A stretch of 60,758 nucleotides of DNA, counting the filler, from Dimargaris cristalligena (Eukaryota): the NCBI GenBank assembly GCA_003614675.1. It is 12 parts of 12 records of this genome, joined end to end, with 100 filler letters (N's around TTAATTAATTAA, not from the genome) between each part and the next. Parts side by side here need not be neighbours in the genome. Positions count along the whole stretch, not along the records: positions 20,381 to 25,365 come from ML003699.1; positions 25,466 to 30,440 come from ML003700.1; positions 30,541 to 35,514 come from ML003701.1; 9 more parts are not named here. The stretch is one strand, 5' to 3'. A model generated the notes under the pieces. That model saw only the letters and a program-made list of their open reading frames with translations. It was not told where the DNA came from and searched no databases. Below are positions 23,049-35,414 of the stretch, one piece after another; positions within the stretch are counted from its first letter, which is position 1; the number at the start of each line of letters is the position of its first letter. Both the position numbers and the translations under genes were made by a program.

Positions 23049-24943
23049 TTATTGAGGCCTGTTAAATGGCAGAAGATTTCTAGCTCCGTTAATAGTGCCC
23101 CACCAGGACAGATCTTGAGGTTGGGTAGTGGTGGTGGTGGTAGCAGAGGTAGCATTCAATGTGGTTGCGGACGCGGTATCTGAACCCGAAGAGGGGGTGG
23201 GTTGTCTCCAGCGACTTAAAACCCCGGGTAGACCATAACCCCATCGGCTGGTAGTTAAAGGTCTACGTTTGGGGGTATAATTGTACTCAGTGATGTCCTC
23301 CGCGGGGTTGGCATGGGTGTCTTCGTGCTGATTGGTTGGTTCAATCGTTCTGACACTCATACCTGAGGAAGAGGAACTAGAGGCCACTTGAGGAATTTGG
23401 GTGTCTTCGAAGTTATTAATAGCCGTCATATGGAGAAGACTTTCTTCATTGGAGTCACTAGTCAGTGATGGCTCAGAACTATGGGTCTGACTACCATTGC
23501 GAGAATTTCCACTATCAAGTGAGTTGGGGGTATCATATACTTCACTAGAATCTTCCTTGTCAACCGTGTTGAGATTAATGGATCCATCACTGGAGTTCCT
23601 ATTGTTATTTATGTCGAGGTTATCAGGTCCACCACCGGAACTTTCGTTGTGAATTGGGTTGTGATTTCCTGATTCTGGGACGAGTTCGAGGGCTTCTAGT
23701 TGCTCGTCAGAATAGGCATTCAGTGGTGGGGCCATCAATGGTTCATCATTTCCCGCTACTTCATTGTTGACTAGGTGTCGGGTTGTTAGATCAATGCCAG
23801 GGGCACTGTCGATTAAGTTAGGGTACTGGTTACCCAGGGAATTGGCCTTCTCGGGTGACTCAGCCTCAGTTAGTTCCCAGATCCGCCTCTCGGACATAAT
23901 AAATGTGGGAGAGGCTTCGCTTTCGGAATCAAATGGATACGTCTCCCTCGAATCAACACTAGAGAATTGCTGAACATCATTGCTATCACTACCATGCCTT
24001 TGTTGGACATTGTGCATTGATTCAAAAGGCTGTGAAACTAACGGTATGCCCTGGTTAACGGATTGGTCCAATGGTTGATTGGATCCACTGGTGTAATCAT
24101 AGAGGGGCTGTCTCATTTCAAATGGATACCCATTCGATTGATTTTGGGGTTCCGTGACTGTGTATTGTCGCCCCCCATATGTCCATTATTCTGTTGATAT
24201 GGATAGGCACCGGTAGGCAGCGGGTTCATCCAACACTGCAGATGGTAGCGTCTAGGCTGATACTGGGAAGCCCTAGGACTGGTGAGCGTTGACTCAGTGT
24301 TGTAGGAGGGAAAGGGATAGTGTTCCTGTTCCAGTCCCATTAGCCAAATAGCCTCAGGATTCGAAGGGTTCACAGGGAATGCTGGTGGATGGTAATACAT
24401 ATAATTATGGTAAGTCAACTGAATGCCCGGGTTCTGTTAGATACCCCCAAACTGTTGTTGGAAACTGGCATCCGATCTCAACTAATGATTCGGCTGGGAT
24501 AGATTTGGGTAGTATTGGTGTGTAGGGCATGTCGGCTGGTCTGAGTACATTCCTGAGTGATTGGGGTGGAGGGGGACTGCGTGAGAGGGGAATTCCGAGG
24601 GCTGTACCACCATATAACCCCCCAGATGAGTGCCAGGATTATTAGCCAAGGGCTGGGCTGGAGAGTAATCCTGGGTGTGAGCTTGTCCATACGGGTAGGT
24701 GGGATAGGTGTGTCCTTGGTTATAATGCCCTGGTCTGTTCTGGCTGTAGTATAGAGTCGAAGATTCACCATAGGTAGGGCCAAAGTGGCTGTCAGCACTG
24801 TTGGTAGGGTATTGTCCATATCCATAAACTCTGGACTATTGTGATTGGGCATATTGGGGTGGTCCATAATTTCCTGGAGCAGCATTTGCAGCCAAAGCCA
24901 CTAGGGCAAGGAGCAAGAGGGTGACTTTGGCCTACACATTCAT
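23049..24943 (-). pseudogene. Pseudogene of an approximately 630-codon secreted Tyr/Pro/Gln/Asn/Ser-rich protein
   Basis: ATG at 24943 gives MNV*AKVTLLLLALVALAANAAP, a signal peptide. In-frame stops at 24934, 24838, 24484 and 24439. The same frame continues into ORF 24113-24418. A probable 1-nt frameshift in the homopolymer at 24171-24176 joins it to ORF 23049-24116. Confidence 0.75.
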
Positions 24944-25017
24944 AGCAGCTCTTGAATAGGCTTAAAATGGTGGGCAGAGCTACTATCAGAAAAGTAAAAA
25001 AAACAATAACCAGATAC

Positions 25018-25365
25018 TGTCACCCAGGTTAACCACTCTTAGTCCATCAAGAGTCCCAAGGATAGGCTTCTAACAGTAGATGGGGCTCAGGCTTGGCCAA
25101 GTGGGTTTTTAGCATTAGGTGGGGGTGTAGTACTAACTAATAAAGGACAAGTGCAGGTAAATGCAAAAGATGTGCAGCAGGCACACTTACTAGTTAGTAC
25201 AAGGGGAGTGAGCATATATAGAGTTTATTGGGATAAACTATGGGGTAAGAATAAGCTAAAAAAATCTAACTAGTCCCAATGGGGCCCAGTTATATATATG
25301 CAAGGGCCACTCCAGAGAGAGACCCCAGGGGAAGAATACTACTAAGACTAAGGTATGATAAATAG
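25018..25365 (-). repeat. LTR family D, 3' portion (truncated)
   Basis: The plus strand starts TGTCACCCAGGTTAACCACTCTTAGTCC, the reverse complement of the 3' end of 29472-30051. Confidence 0.85.
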
Positions 25366-25782
25366 NNNNNNNNNNNNNNNNNNNNNNNNNNNNNNNNNNN
25401 NNNNNNNNNTTAATTAATTAANNNNNNNNNNNNNNNNNNNNNNNNNNNNNNNNNNNNNNNNNNNNTGAGCCAAACCTAATAGCCCCACTTGCCTGGTGGC
25501 TGACTTTCCAATTGACGCCGGTAGGGTGGCTCATTATAGCATCTATCGCGCTGCATTGTATTACTGATAACACCCAGCTGCTATTCTCATTGTTGAATGG
25601 CTTTCTATGTTTGTTCAAGCTGCATCACCCAAAGCGACAGCTGCTTCCAAAATACTACCAAACACATTGCCATCTCATACTTGTTCATTTTTCAGCCCCG
25701 GGTATAAATACTTGCTCTCATTCCAATCTTTACAAGTCAAGAAATATAAATGTTTATTAAAAATAAAAAATAAGGTAGCCAA

Positions 25783-27027
25783 CTACCCATTGGCTACCTG
25801 TTCAACGTACTCTCGATTAACGAGGTTGTTGAACTCTTCGGTGGTGATAAAATGAATCACCAGCCGAGGAAGCGCTCTGCGGATCCCTGGGAGCTGGGGC
25901 CGCGAGCACTTGTATATGCTAAGCTGCCTTAGCCGATGTAGTTTGCACAGTGCCGACTGGAACCATGCAAAGGCTACAAAGTTTATGGCCAGCCGCATGA
26001 ATGAAATGTTTGTCGAAGCAAATTCGCCAGGGAAAAGAGCCCTAGTGAAAACTTCGTCCCGATGACACAAGTCGAAATGTGTCAACCGGGGACACCGGCC
26101 CAGGGCATACTGGATCTCCTTCTCATCGCAGATGCAGTTTATTAACTGCAACTTGCGAAGTCCAGATCCTAGGAGATCCACAATGCTCTTCAGCAACCCA
26201 CCACCAAGACCCACTTCGTTAAAAACGAGGCAAGTGAGTAGGCTTGGAATTTCAGTAGTTAAGTAACTGAAGCCGGTGTGGGTACTGGCGGCTGATACCA
26301 CTGAATGGTATGCAAACACGCCCTTCATAACCACCTTCCTCAAACCACCACGGCAAATGGTGCTAATGAGGCCAAGGGTGTTATGGATGATCATGTCCTG
26401 GAAAGTCAGGGACTGGAGCTGAGGGAATACATGTAAAAATGTAGCCCAATCTATAGCGTCACAGTCGACTCCACCTCCCAGGACGATCTTCTGGATCCTA
26501 TTAACGCCAGCTGTTCTGGGCATATTATAGGGGACCAGGCAAGGTGGCAAAAGTAGCCGAAATGGGACGTTGGCCAGGCAAATAATGCGCAGCTGTCTGA
26601 TAAACCGGACAGTGCTTTGCAACAGCCGCCCCACCCAATTCAACAATTCGAGATGATGGATCTCAATAGTCAGGCATTGTAGACTGCCCAAGCAACCCAT
26701 CATCATCCCGAATAAACCAAAAAAAAGTTCGTCTTGGATGCCCCGACTTTCCATAACCAGCCTCAGATGCTCAATCGAGGCCCGGTGATTGACTAGGGTT
26801 CGGTAAGTATCTTGGACCGAGTGGGTTGCAGTGGATACGCGCACCTTTTTGAAGCAGTGGGGGCGTAGGGCCTCAGCATGGGCCCGGTTGGTGGACGCCA
26901 ATGCCAGGATGTCCTCATTTCGGGCATATCGGTTTAGGCGGACCCAGAATGTACGGCGAAGCTGGCGGGTTTCGGTCTCATTGACGTTGGGGACGGTGAG
27001 GAATGGGGCGGTTGAGGTTGAAGACAT
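25783..27027 (-). CDS. F-box-like / leucine-rich-repeat (RNI-like) protein, 414 aa, intronless
   Basis: N-terminal F-box-like segment FWVRLNRYARNEDILALASTNR...HCFKKV, followed by repeated LxxLxL units (LQCLTI, FPQLQSLTF, LRKLQL, CPRLTHFDL). Confidence 0.75.
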   Translation of the reverse strand: MSSTSTAPFLTVPNVNETETRQLRRTFWVRLNRYARNEDILALASTNRAHAEALRPHCFKKVRVSTATHSVQDTYRTLVNHRASIEHLRLVMESRGIQDELFFGLFGMMMGCLGSLQCLTIEIHHLELLNWVGRLLQSTVRFIRQLRIICLANVPFRLLLPPCLVPYNMPRTAGVNRIQKIVLGGGVDCDAIDWATFLHVFPQLQSLTFQDMIIHNTLGLISTICRGGLRKVVMKGVFAYHSVVSAASTHTGFSYLTTEIPSLLTCLVFNEVGLGGGLLKSIVDLLGSGLRKLQLINCICDEKEIQYALGRCPRLTHFDLCHRDEVFTRALFPGEFASTNISFMRLAINFVAFAWFQSALCKLHRLRQLSIYKCSRPQLPGIRRALPRLVIHFITTEEFNNLVNREYVEQVANG

Positions 27028-29471
27028 GGTGAGTTGGTAATTGCGGGTTAGTTTCTTGGAAACGAGCGGGCGATTGTTGAAAGATATGAATATTGGAAAC
27101 TTTGAAAATGATAGAGTTGAAATACAAAATACACTGGCGGATGTTGCTTAGAGCGATCGATAGAGCGAGAGACTCGGTGATATAAGTAGTCAGATAACGG
27201 TGGTTGAAATGAGCTGATGATGAGTATAAACGGTGGGCATATCCTTGTCTCTTTATATTCTAACCTTCGACTAGTGACATATAGCAAGTGGATAAAACCG
27301 GCTGGACTTCGCTCATTCCACGGAGGTGGTACGCCTCGTCGTCAATTCGAGAAGGGTGAATAGTCAGCCACTCGAACATCCTGGCCCCGGACTACCCACT
27401 TTTGCTTGTGTTTAGGAATGCCCGTCGAACCCATCGAATCCCATCGGCATTTCCCCACCCAAGTGAAAATAAGTCCATGCAGCGAAGATATCCATGTACC
27501 CCGCCCGGAAAAATGGATAAGGCATTCGTTATTCAAAAGGTGGCTTAGGATTGCCGCTGATCATGTTCCTATCTTCTCGGACCTCACCTATCGGGGTTGT
27601 TAACTTTCGCTATTTCCCACCTTTTTAAAACCCGTGGATATGGACAGACTACCCTCTTCACATTCCCAGGTTCGGCTACATAAAAATATAAAGTTTTAGT
27701 TCGGTCAGTAGATAGGCTAGTCAACGTCAAAATTTAGTAACTTAATCTACTTGCTCGATACGTCGTCGGAAAATCAGTTATTACATTCATGGTTGGCTAC
27801 GCAGTCTCCCCTATTTACCAATCCATCACCCAATGAGAAAAACGATGGACACTGCCTCATCTGTGTTTAGAATTAAATAGATAGGCTTTGGGCACTGTAA
27901 TATTTTCAAGTATACTAACCATGTCTACTAGTACCCGCGATTAAACGGCGCTGCCATCACAACTAGTATACGGCCCAAGTCTACTCCAAAACGATTAAAG
28001 AGCCATGGAAACCTTAAAAAACGATATAACTACCGGCCAAACACGACAACGGTTTTATCAGACGTGTGATTATCGGCTTGGGCTTCATTATCACCGTGGC
28101 AACTTTTATCGGGACTACCATATTTTGACCCGCTATCATATCTCACGATATCACCACCGAGTAAGGTAGGCCCAGTTATCACATATTCTAGGTGTGGGTA
28201 TAACCGGATTCTTCCGGTCTCATCTTTCTCCCATCATAATAGATTCCCATTAGTAGCAAGTTGCAATGTGGACACAGCCGACCAATGCTGGGTTAAACTA
28301 TAGCTACCCAGTTGTGGGTATATTCTGCCAACATGGGACCCATTCACTGACATGGTCATCGTACATTAGTGGGTAGGGCTCATTCAAGGCCGGAAGTAGA
28401 ACAGCAATTACCGCACTGACCCACTGCTGGTTGAAGGAGTCGACCATTCTTTAGCCTTCTGAACTCGTGTCTACATATAATTAATCATGTACTGTCGGGG
28501 TAAAATGGTAGTCTATATAGGTACAGCGATGACACTGACGAGTAAGCCGTTAAAGACCAAGTGCCGCACATGAGGTATTCAAGGAGTTATTCACACGCTA
28601 TCAGGAACAAGGCCTATATAACCCATCCGCCTATATATTTATTCATGGGTCAACCCACCATCCCAGTCTTTGTATTCACCATCATAGAAGCCTAGAAGTT
28701 ACTAGCATATAGGCACTACATTGGACCGATAGGATAGCCAATGGGGTAAATAAATGATATCGGCTGGGATATATGAACAGGATAGTTTAGGGATATTAGA
28801 TATATTCATACCTCGCTGAATCCCCACTTAAGGTGGAGTATCTGACTTTGGCCGGTTGATCGTAGCACCCAATACTCGTGGCTTACGGGGCCGTGATACC
28901 CTGCTCACGAAAATAAAAGAACCCCAGCTCCCCCCGACGCATTGGGCTTGAATATCTACAATGATTAGTGTTCACCTTCTCAATCAATTTATAAGAGTAC
29001 GGACTGCTGGAGCTTTGGGTCAGCTACTCTGAAATCTTACAATATTATACCTATTCAAACATCATAACTAGTGTGAATGAAATAACTGCTATCATTTTCT
29101 AAACTTGTGGGTTTTGCCATCAATAAGTATAGGCATGTTGATTAAGAGGATTGCAGTGGCTAATGGTTGTGGTATCTGCTACCTTTAGGCCTGCCCTAAA
29201 TTAAATGCATCTAAATTTCGAGGAAGTCCAATATTACTGAATATCACCTCTGGTAGATTATAAACCAATATATCGGCAGTACAATTTGCTTAGCTGATCG
29301 TCTTAATACAAGATGAATTATTGGCTATATTGATTAAGTTGACTTGTTCTATTTGCATAGCTGTATATTTATTATTAGAACCAAATTCCCGGGTATTTGT
29401 TTCAAATTGGGATAGTTAAGCTAAAATCGTGCATGACCAAGGTGAAGAGTACCCCAAATCTACCTACATAC

Positions 29472-30051
29472 TGTCAGCCCCTGTAATCTGACTTAATCTG
29501 GATGAAGCAATTGTCCATCCCAACTAGGCTATATAGCGCCATATGTAACTTCCTATGGTCACCCCCAGTACTATGGGATCACCCTATTAAATATAGCTGT
29601 CCCCCATCTGGACTCTTGGGTTTACACCACTCACTCTGGTGCTGATCTAATAACTCTTCCAGTTACTACTCGAGTCTTCCAGACCCTCATGACCATCCAG
29701 TCAGCTTATTTAGTATACCCTAGTCCTAGTAGCATTTCCCTCAGGGACCTCCCTCAGGAGCTGTCCCCTATATATATAACTGGGCCCCATTAGGACAAGT
29801 TTAATTCCTTAGCTTATTCTTATCCCCCCTAGTTTATCCTAATAAACTCTATATATACTCACTCCCCTTAGACTAACTAGTAAGTATGCCTACTATATGT
29901 CCCTTACATATACCTGCATGTAGCCTTTATTAATTAGCGCTATGCCCCCCGCCTAATGCTAGGACCCACTTGGCTAAGTCTAAGCCTGCCTACCATTAGA
30001 AGCCTACCCCCAGGACTCTTGACAGACTAAGAGTGGTTAACCCGGGTGACA
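29472..30051 (+). repeat. LTR family D, full-length 580-bp copy
   Basis: TGTCA...TGACA termini, with internal TATATATAA and AATAAA. No clean TSD. Confidence 0.85.
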
Positions 30052-30385
30052 ATCATACCTATGTGTTTATGATAGAGTCCTTATTACTTAACTCACAATT
30101 CATCTCATCAAATACAGCACCACACTTCAACCTTCAAGGCTTGTACTATATTTGCCAACTTCCCTGAGCAGGAATTTAGTCTCATTGAAGGGCATGTCTA
30201 AGCTTATGGTTTGTGTAGATTATAGAAGTTTTAACCCACCCCCTGTGCCATGTCTTAGTCTAATATATGCCCGTGTATTATCCAACCATATAATTTACAT
30301 GGCATAGGTTTTCTAGACTACCATCTCCTAGCTAAACCAGTTTGCCATATGCATCCAATAACATACCACGTCAACATTTGGTTAC

Positions 30386-30440
30386 TGTAAAGAACTGAAA
30401 TCAAATCCTTGAAAACTGAACTTTATTTGAAAAGATAGAT
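30386..30440 (-). repeat. LTR family C end
   Basis: tgtaaagaactgaaatcaaatccttgaaaactgaactttatttg at the contig end. Confidence 0.8.
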
Positions 30441-30541
30441 NNNNNNNNNNNNNNNNNNNNNNNNNNNNNNNNNNNNNNNNNNNNTTAATTAATTAANNNN
30501 NNNNNNNNNNNNNNNNNNNNNNNNNNNNNNNNNNNNNNNNT

Positions 30542-30934
30542 GGAAATGCATTCCCTGTTGACGACAAGTGTGTTTCACTGGCTAGCTTCCATGATAGATT
30601 ATGTCAAGGAATTTCTGACGTCGTTAGCAAACCGGACGTCTATACTCTGTTCCAGGGAATGTTTGGTGATAATAGCCATAAGGTGGTCCTTACTCACAAC
30701 GATCTCTTCCCCCGCAACATCATTATAGACCCAACCACTCTGGTCATCCAAGCCGTCCTGAACTGGGAGTATAGTGGCTTCTATCCCGAGTACTGGGAAT
30801 ACGCTAAGCTCTTGACGCTGGAGGCCTGGGGTAGCCTGTGGGGTGGGATGGCAATTAAACATCTGCGACGATATCCTCGGGAATATTTAGCACTCGATGA
30901 GGTCTTTATACAATTTCCCCAGCGCGGTAACTAG
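30542..30934 (+). CDS. Aminoglycoside-phosphotransferase/choline-kinase-like (APH) protein, C-terminal part, 5' truncated
   Basis: The frame is open from the contig start. VLTHNDLFPRNIII matches HxDLxxxN, followed by LNWEYSGFYPEYWEY. Confidence 0.8.
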   Translation, partial: GNAFPVDDKCVSLASFHDRLCQGISDVVSKPDVYTLFQGMFGDNSHKVVLTHNDLFPRNIIIDPTTLVIQAVLNWEYSGFYPEYWEYAKLLTLEAWGSLWGGMAIKHLRRYPREYLALDEVFIQFPQRGN

Positions 30935-32391
30935 TGTTTTATAAAGTACTTTTTCCGAAAGCTATTAAAACCGACGTGCAGACTCCGGTCTTTGGGTGGT
31001 AATGTACTGCCATGGGCAGTGGGAACTTGATCACATAGGCGTTGGCACCGATCGGACATCAAAGTATAGCAATTATATGGACGGGTTCAAGGTCGCCGGG
31101 TACTAGTAAGTGCATTCCATGCAAGTAACCGGGAGTTGTAATTTTTCCGTTCTCTTTCTATAGACTGATTCTCTTTCTCTGCAGCTTTCCAGTTCTTAAA
31201 TTTTATTATATTTCTCGGTACTATTCGATGGAGCTATCGTCAGTCGAGGTTGGCGGTAATAGTGATTTAGGTACATAATACTTTCCTACTTTGAGGCGCT
31301 GTTTTAGTATATCATTAATCCTCTTTTCTGCTATGTTTAAGAAATACCCAGCTGTCTTGTGGATTCCTTTTCGGAATTACGCCAATTAATCTTTTATCAT
31401 GGAGTATTTCGTATACCATCAATATCCGGCGTTTAGGAGTCTCGGGAACACCGCCACTCTACAAGCCTTCCAGTCTTCCAATATTATTGTATTCCAATTA
31501 CCTATTTACGATTACAGTTAAGCAGATAGATCAATTTTTCCCTACCGCAGGTTTTTATGATCTATAGCCTTTAAGTGTATTTTGAGATATTCAAATAAAT
31601 ACACTTTAAACTTGCCCAGTATGGCTGATGATTCCTAATAATTCATTGATTGTTTTGTTCTATTTTATATATGTTTAGTCCGACTTGATGCCTTATCTAT
31701 CAACTTTTACACCTCTTTTAAACCCAACAACGCAGTAACGTAGTTCTCAAGCAACAATGCTGGAATCCCTAACCCCCGACCAGCTGAAGTGCATTTCAGT
31801 CTCAAGACCCTCAAACCCCGAGTTTTACATATCCCCCTGCGCGTCGCCAAACTCTAGGAGCCAGTGTCAAGTGATACGCCGGGACCTCTCAAAGTGTCAG
31901 TGCCGTACACCTAGGCCCATTGCACCCCCCCCCCTCCACAGGTATATGATACCCGCACCCTAATGCATAGTGTGAAAATGTCATTTCATCTCGTTCATTT
32001 AGCAATTTCAGAATAAATGGCCCTAAAATGTCCAATTTATTGTAATAATATTAATATGAGATAACTACAGAAGTTCAATAGCTAATTTAAACATGTGAAT
32101 AGGTCCCTCATAAACGGTGACAAGGGTTTCAAATTAATTGCTCAAGATGAGAACGTGTATATTTTGTTTTTAAAACTACTCCCTACTGATTATATATTGT
32201 GTATTGCCCATTCTCACCAATTTTGATAAGAGTACAGCTGTCTAAATAGGGGCACCCTGAGTATCCCCCAATTGGGGTTCTTTATGCATATTATACAGCC
32301 TTACCATGCTACTGACAGCTAATACAGACCTATTAATTGATAATCCATTACATAGAGCATGCACCCCAATTTGATATTTTTGAATCCGGGA

Positions 32392-32974
32392 TATTGGACC
32401 ATCTAATCTGCCTTAATCCTATGGGCTTAGACATCTAACCATAATAGGCCATATAGTACCCTATTAGTCTTCCTATAGTATATTGAGTACCATAGGATTA
32501 TCCTTATCCTATAACCTTTCCCCTTCCAGACCCCACCTCTTTGTACTAATTACTTAAGTACTGATCCGAAGAGTCTTCCGGCTACCAACTGAGTCTTCTG
32601 GATACTTGTACCATCTGGGTAGCCTATTTATCCATACCTTAATTTAGTGGTATCTTTTCCTCAGGACCTTCCTCTAGAGTTATCCCCACATATATATAAC
32701 TGGGTCACATCGGGACCAGTTAGTTTCCTTAGCTAATTATTACCCCCCTAGTTTATCCTAATAAACTTACTATATATTCACCCCCTTATACTGACTAGTA
32801 AGTGTGCCTACTGCATATCCCTTGCATAACTAATTGCCTAAAGCCTTTATTTGGTTAGTACCATACCCCATACCTGATGCTAATAACCCACTTGGCTGAG
32901 CCTAAGCCCCACCTACCATTGGAAGCCTACCCCCAGGACTCTTGATGGACTAAGAGTGGATAACCTGGGTAATA
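32392..32974 (+). repeat. LTR family D, heavily mutated copy
   Basis: Colinear with 29472-30051 and 47327-47914. Termini have decayed to TATTGG...GGGTAATA. Confidence 0.8.
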
Positions 32975-33331
32975 GATTTAGTAACTATGTTTTTCAGGAT
33001 AGAGGGATATTAATATTTAAAAGTGTTTAGTAAGGACTCTATCTAAGGTATCCCATTATTGATCTCCAATAATACGGCCTGTCTACTCCGTTCTCTTCAT
33101 GCATGTGTCCCTTCTTCCGTTTCTCTGTTCGACTCCCTTCCCCTTCCCCTATTTATATGTGTATCTCGGGGATCATTAATATATAATCATTTTTTTATAA
33201 TAAAAAACTGAATAATCGGATTTGGTAATATGCTGAAAATCCCGGGATTTACTTATGATTGGATGTGCAAGCATCTCGATAAGGATCGAACTATTAATAG
33301 GCATCAGTGGAGGTTGGTGGTTTATATATTT

Positions 33332-33475
33332 ATATGGATGAAATTCAAACCAGCTGTATAAGGTTTTACATAATACGTGTATGGGCGAACATATGTGAGA
33401 ATAGCTTTTAACCAGTAATATTGGCCTCATCTAATGGATTCTTCGTTATACAGCCTGAATGAACTTCTCCCATAT
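33332..33475 (+). mobile_element. 144-bp MITE (family E)
   Basis: ATAT-ggatgaaattcaaaccagctgtataa ... ttatacagcctgaatgaacttctccc-ATAT. Confidence 0.8.
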
Positions 33476-33973
33476 GTATTTGCTAGTATAATTGCTAATA
33501 GCCGCCATATTTACTGACACTCAACTTATGTCCTTACGCACGAGTAGGCAAACCATCCAATACATTGGCCAAAAATCGCGACACGGTGTATGAGGCCAGC
33601 ATTGCTACAGCCTGACCATATGATTAGAATTGGGTGTACGTGTTCATTTTACGAATTATCCAACGCAGCTCTCCATCAACGGCTGGATAAACCGTAAACT
33701 TCTTTTCGGGCATTTTGGACTGAGGGGCGACCTTCATGACACATATATGATCCTTTATTAGAAACCAAGTATTATAGAGGACAAGGCTAATCCGCGCAGA
33801 CACGACCCGTTCCATAGGCCACCCGGTTAATAATTATAGGTCTTAAATAATATTTTGCTAGTCGTTGAAATATCAGAGTACGATTAAGCATTAAATAATC
33901 TACTTACTCTCCATTAAGGGACAATGGAAAATGTAAAAGAGATATAGCGTTTACTCCCTATATTTTACCTGGC

Positions 33974-34833
33974 CTATAATAGTTTCAAATGACCCACGAG
34001 ATCGTTTAGCACGTGTTTGGGCGCTGGTCCAATTGCCAGTACGGTAAGGGACCCCGCAGCAATCTGGGTGCGACCCGCATCAGCAACGATATAGGTGACC
34101 AGTCCGGCTGCACGGGCCTGGGCCTCGAGCGCCAGCATCGTTTCTTCATCCTCAACTTTCACCGCCACTTTAGTTTGGCCCGAGCGGGACCAGCGTAGGA
34201 CATTTGCGGGAGCCATTTTAAGGGCCCGTTGGTAACAGCCTAACGTAGCGTGACTGCATTGGGCGGCGATTTTACCCTTGCCCATGCGAAGGTCGTTCCG
34301 CACAAGTAGGTTCTAATCATTATGATAGCAACCATGAAGGGTAAGAAAAGTCGGTAATAACGGGGTAAGAGAATTAAAAAGGATTGGCTGTGGTAGAAAC
34401 TCAAATTAGTACATAATTCGAATAATAACAGCACTTTACAGTCCGGGCTAGTTGATACATAAAAATAATATTCTGTTAAGCAGAGCCAAGGTCCAATAGG
34501 CTCGGGGAAAGGGGGGAAAACCCCCTCGCTTTCAGTAAACCAGCCGGGTCTAATATACCCCTAGTAACGGTATTTGGGCATACGTACCATTTTCAATTCC
34601 TGGTTGGGATCAATCTCCTCATCGTCGTCCTCCCAATCGCTGCCGGACAGGTCGGCGGGGTTCTCATTCTTGGTCGGGGAAGAGCCGGGTGGGGAAATGG
34701 GGCTCGTCCGTAAGGCGGAGGCTGCTTGGAAGCGACTGTGAATGTAACCGAGAAACAGGCCGGCTAGGCCAGCCGTCAGAACGTGCCAGAGCGTGAACTG
34801 CTGGGATAGAAAGTAATGCTCGTAGTCGGACAT
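33974..34833 (-). CDS. PTH2: Peptidyl-tRNA hydrolase 2; exons 34833-34588 and 34312-33974 (194 aa)
   Basis: N-terminal membrane anchor and acidic linker, then ELKM|NLLVRNDLRMGKGKIAAQCSHA...GQTKVAVK...DAGRTQIAAGSLTVLAIGP...GHLKLL. The GT-AG intron is in phase. Confidence 0.95.
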
Positions 34834-35414
34834 GATGGGGAGCGGCACGAGAGGGTGGGAAGTCAGAGAATGGCAGGATGGAAGGGACAATAAACCGACA
34901 CAAACACTGCGGGCTACTCAGTGGATTTTAAAACGGCTAGATTGCGGCCCCAGCGGCTTTAACGAGGTTTACCAATGGCTGAATGAGCAACTATCGTTCC
35001 AAAGTGAAAGACTTTGGTACCTTGCGACGGCAAAATCAATCAGTGTGGGCCAACTAGCTCGGTCCGCGAGATCCAATGTGACTGGCCCCACTGGATCACG
35101 TGTATCAATTACTATTCCTAGTTGAGCCTAGTAACTTTACATATAAAAGGGCTCGTGGGTTAAGTTGGCCTAGAAATAAATGAATCCCCGCTATCCTATG
35201 TATTCCCATGTCCCTTTAGCGGTTTGCGTCTGTTGTTTGCCACTTATGAAAGAGAGCAAGCAGGGGGACAATTTACTAGCTGGTTAAACTGTGAAACACC
35301 TGTTTTGTACTCATTGCTTAGCAGTAGAAGCCTAAGACAATAGTGACTACATGTACAGCACTATGGTTACCAGAAGAGTGCAACTAGAAATTGGATACTG
35401 CGAAGATGGAGGTG

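Noticed and set aside
24478-24885. 135-aa ORF with a predicted TM segment
   Set aside because: It is an out-of-frame shadow of the pseudogene whose real frame begins at ATG 24943.
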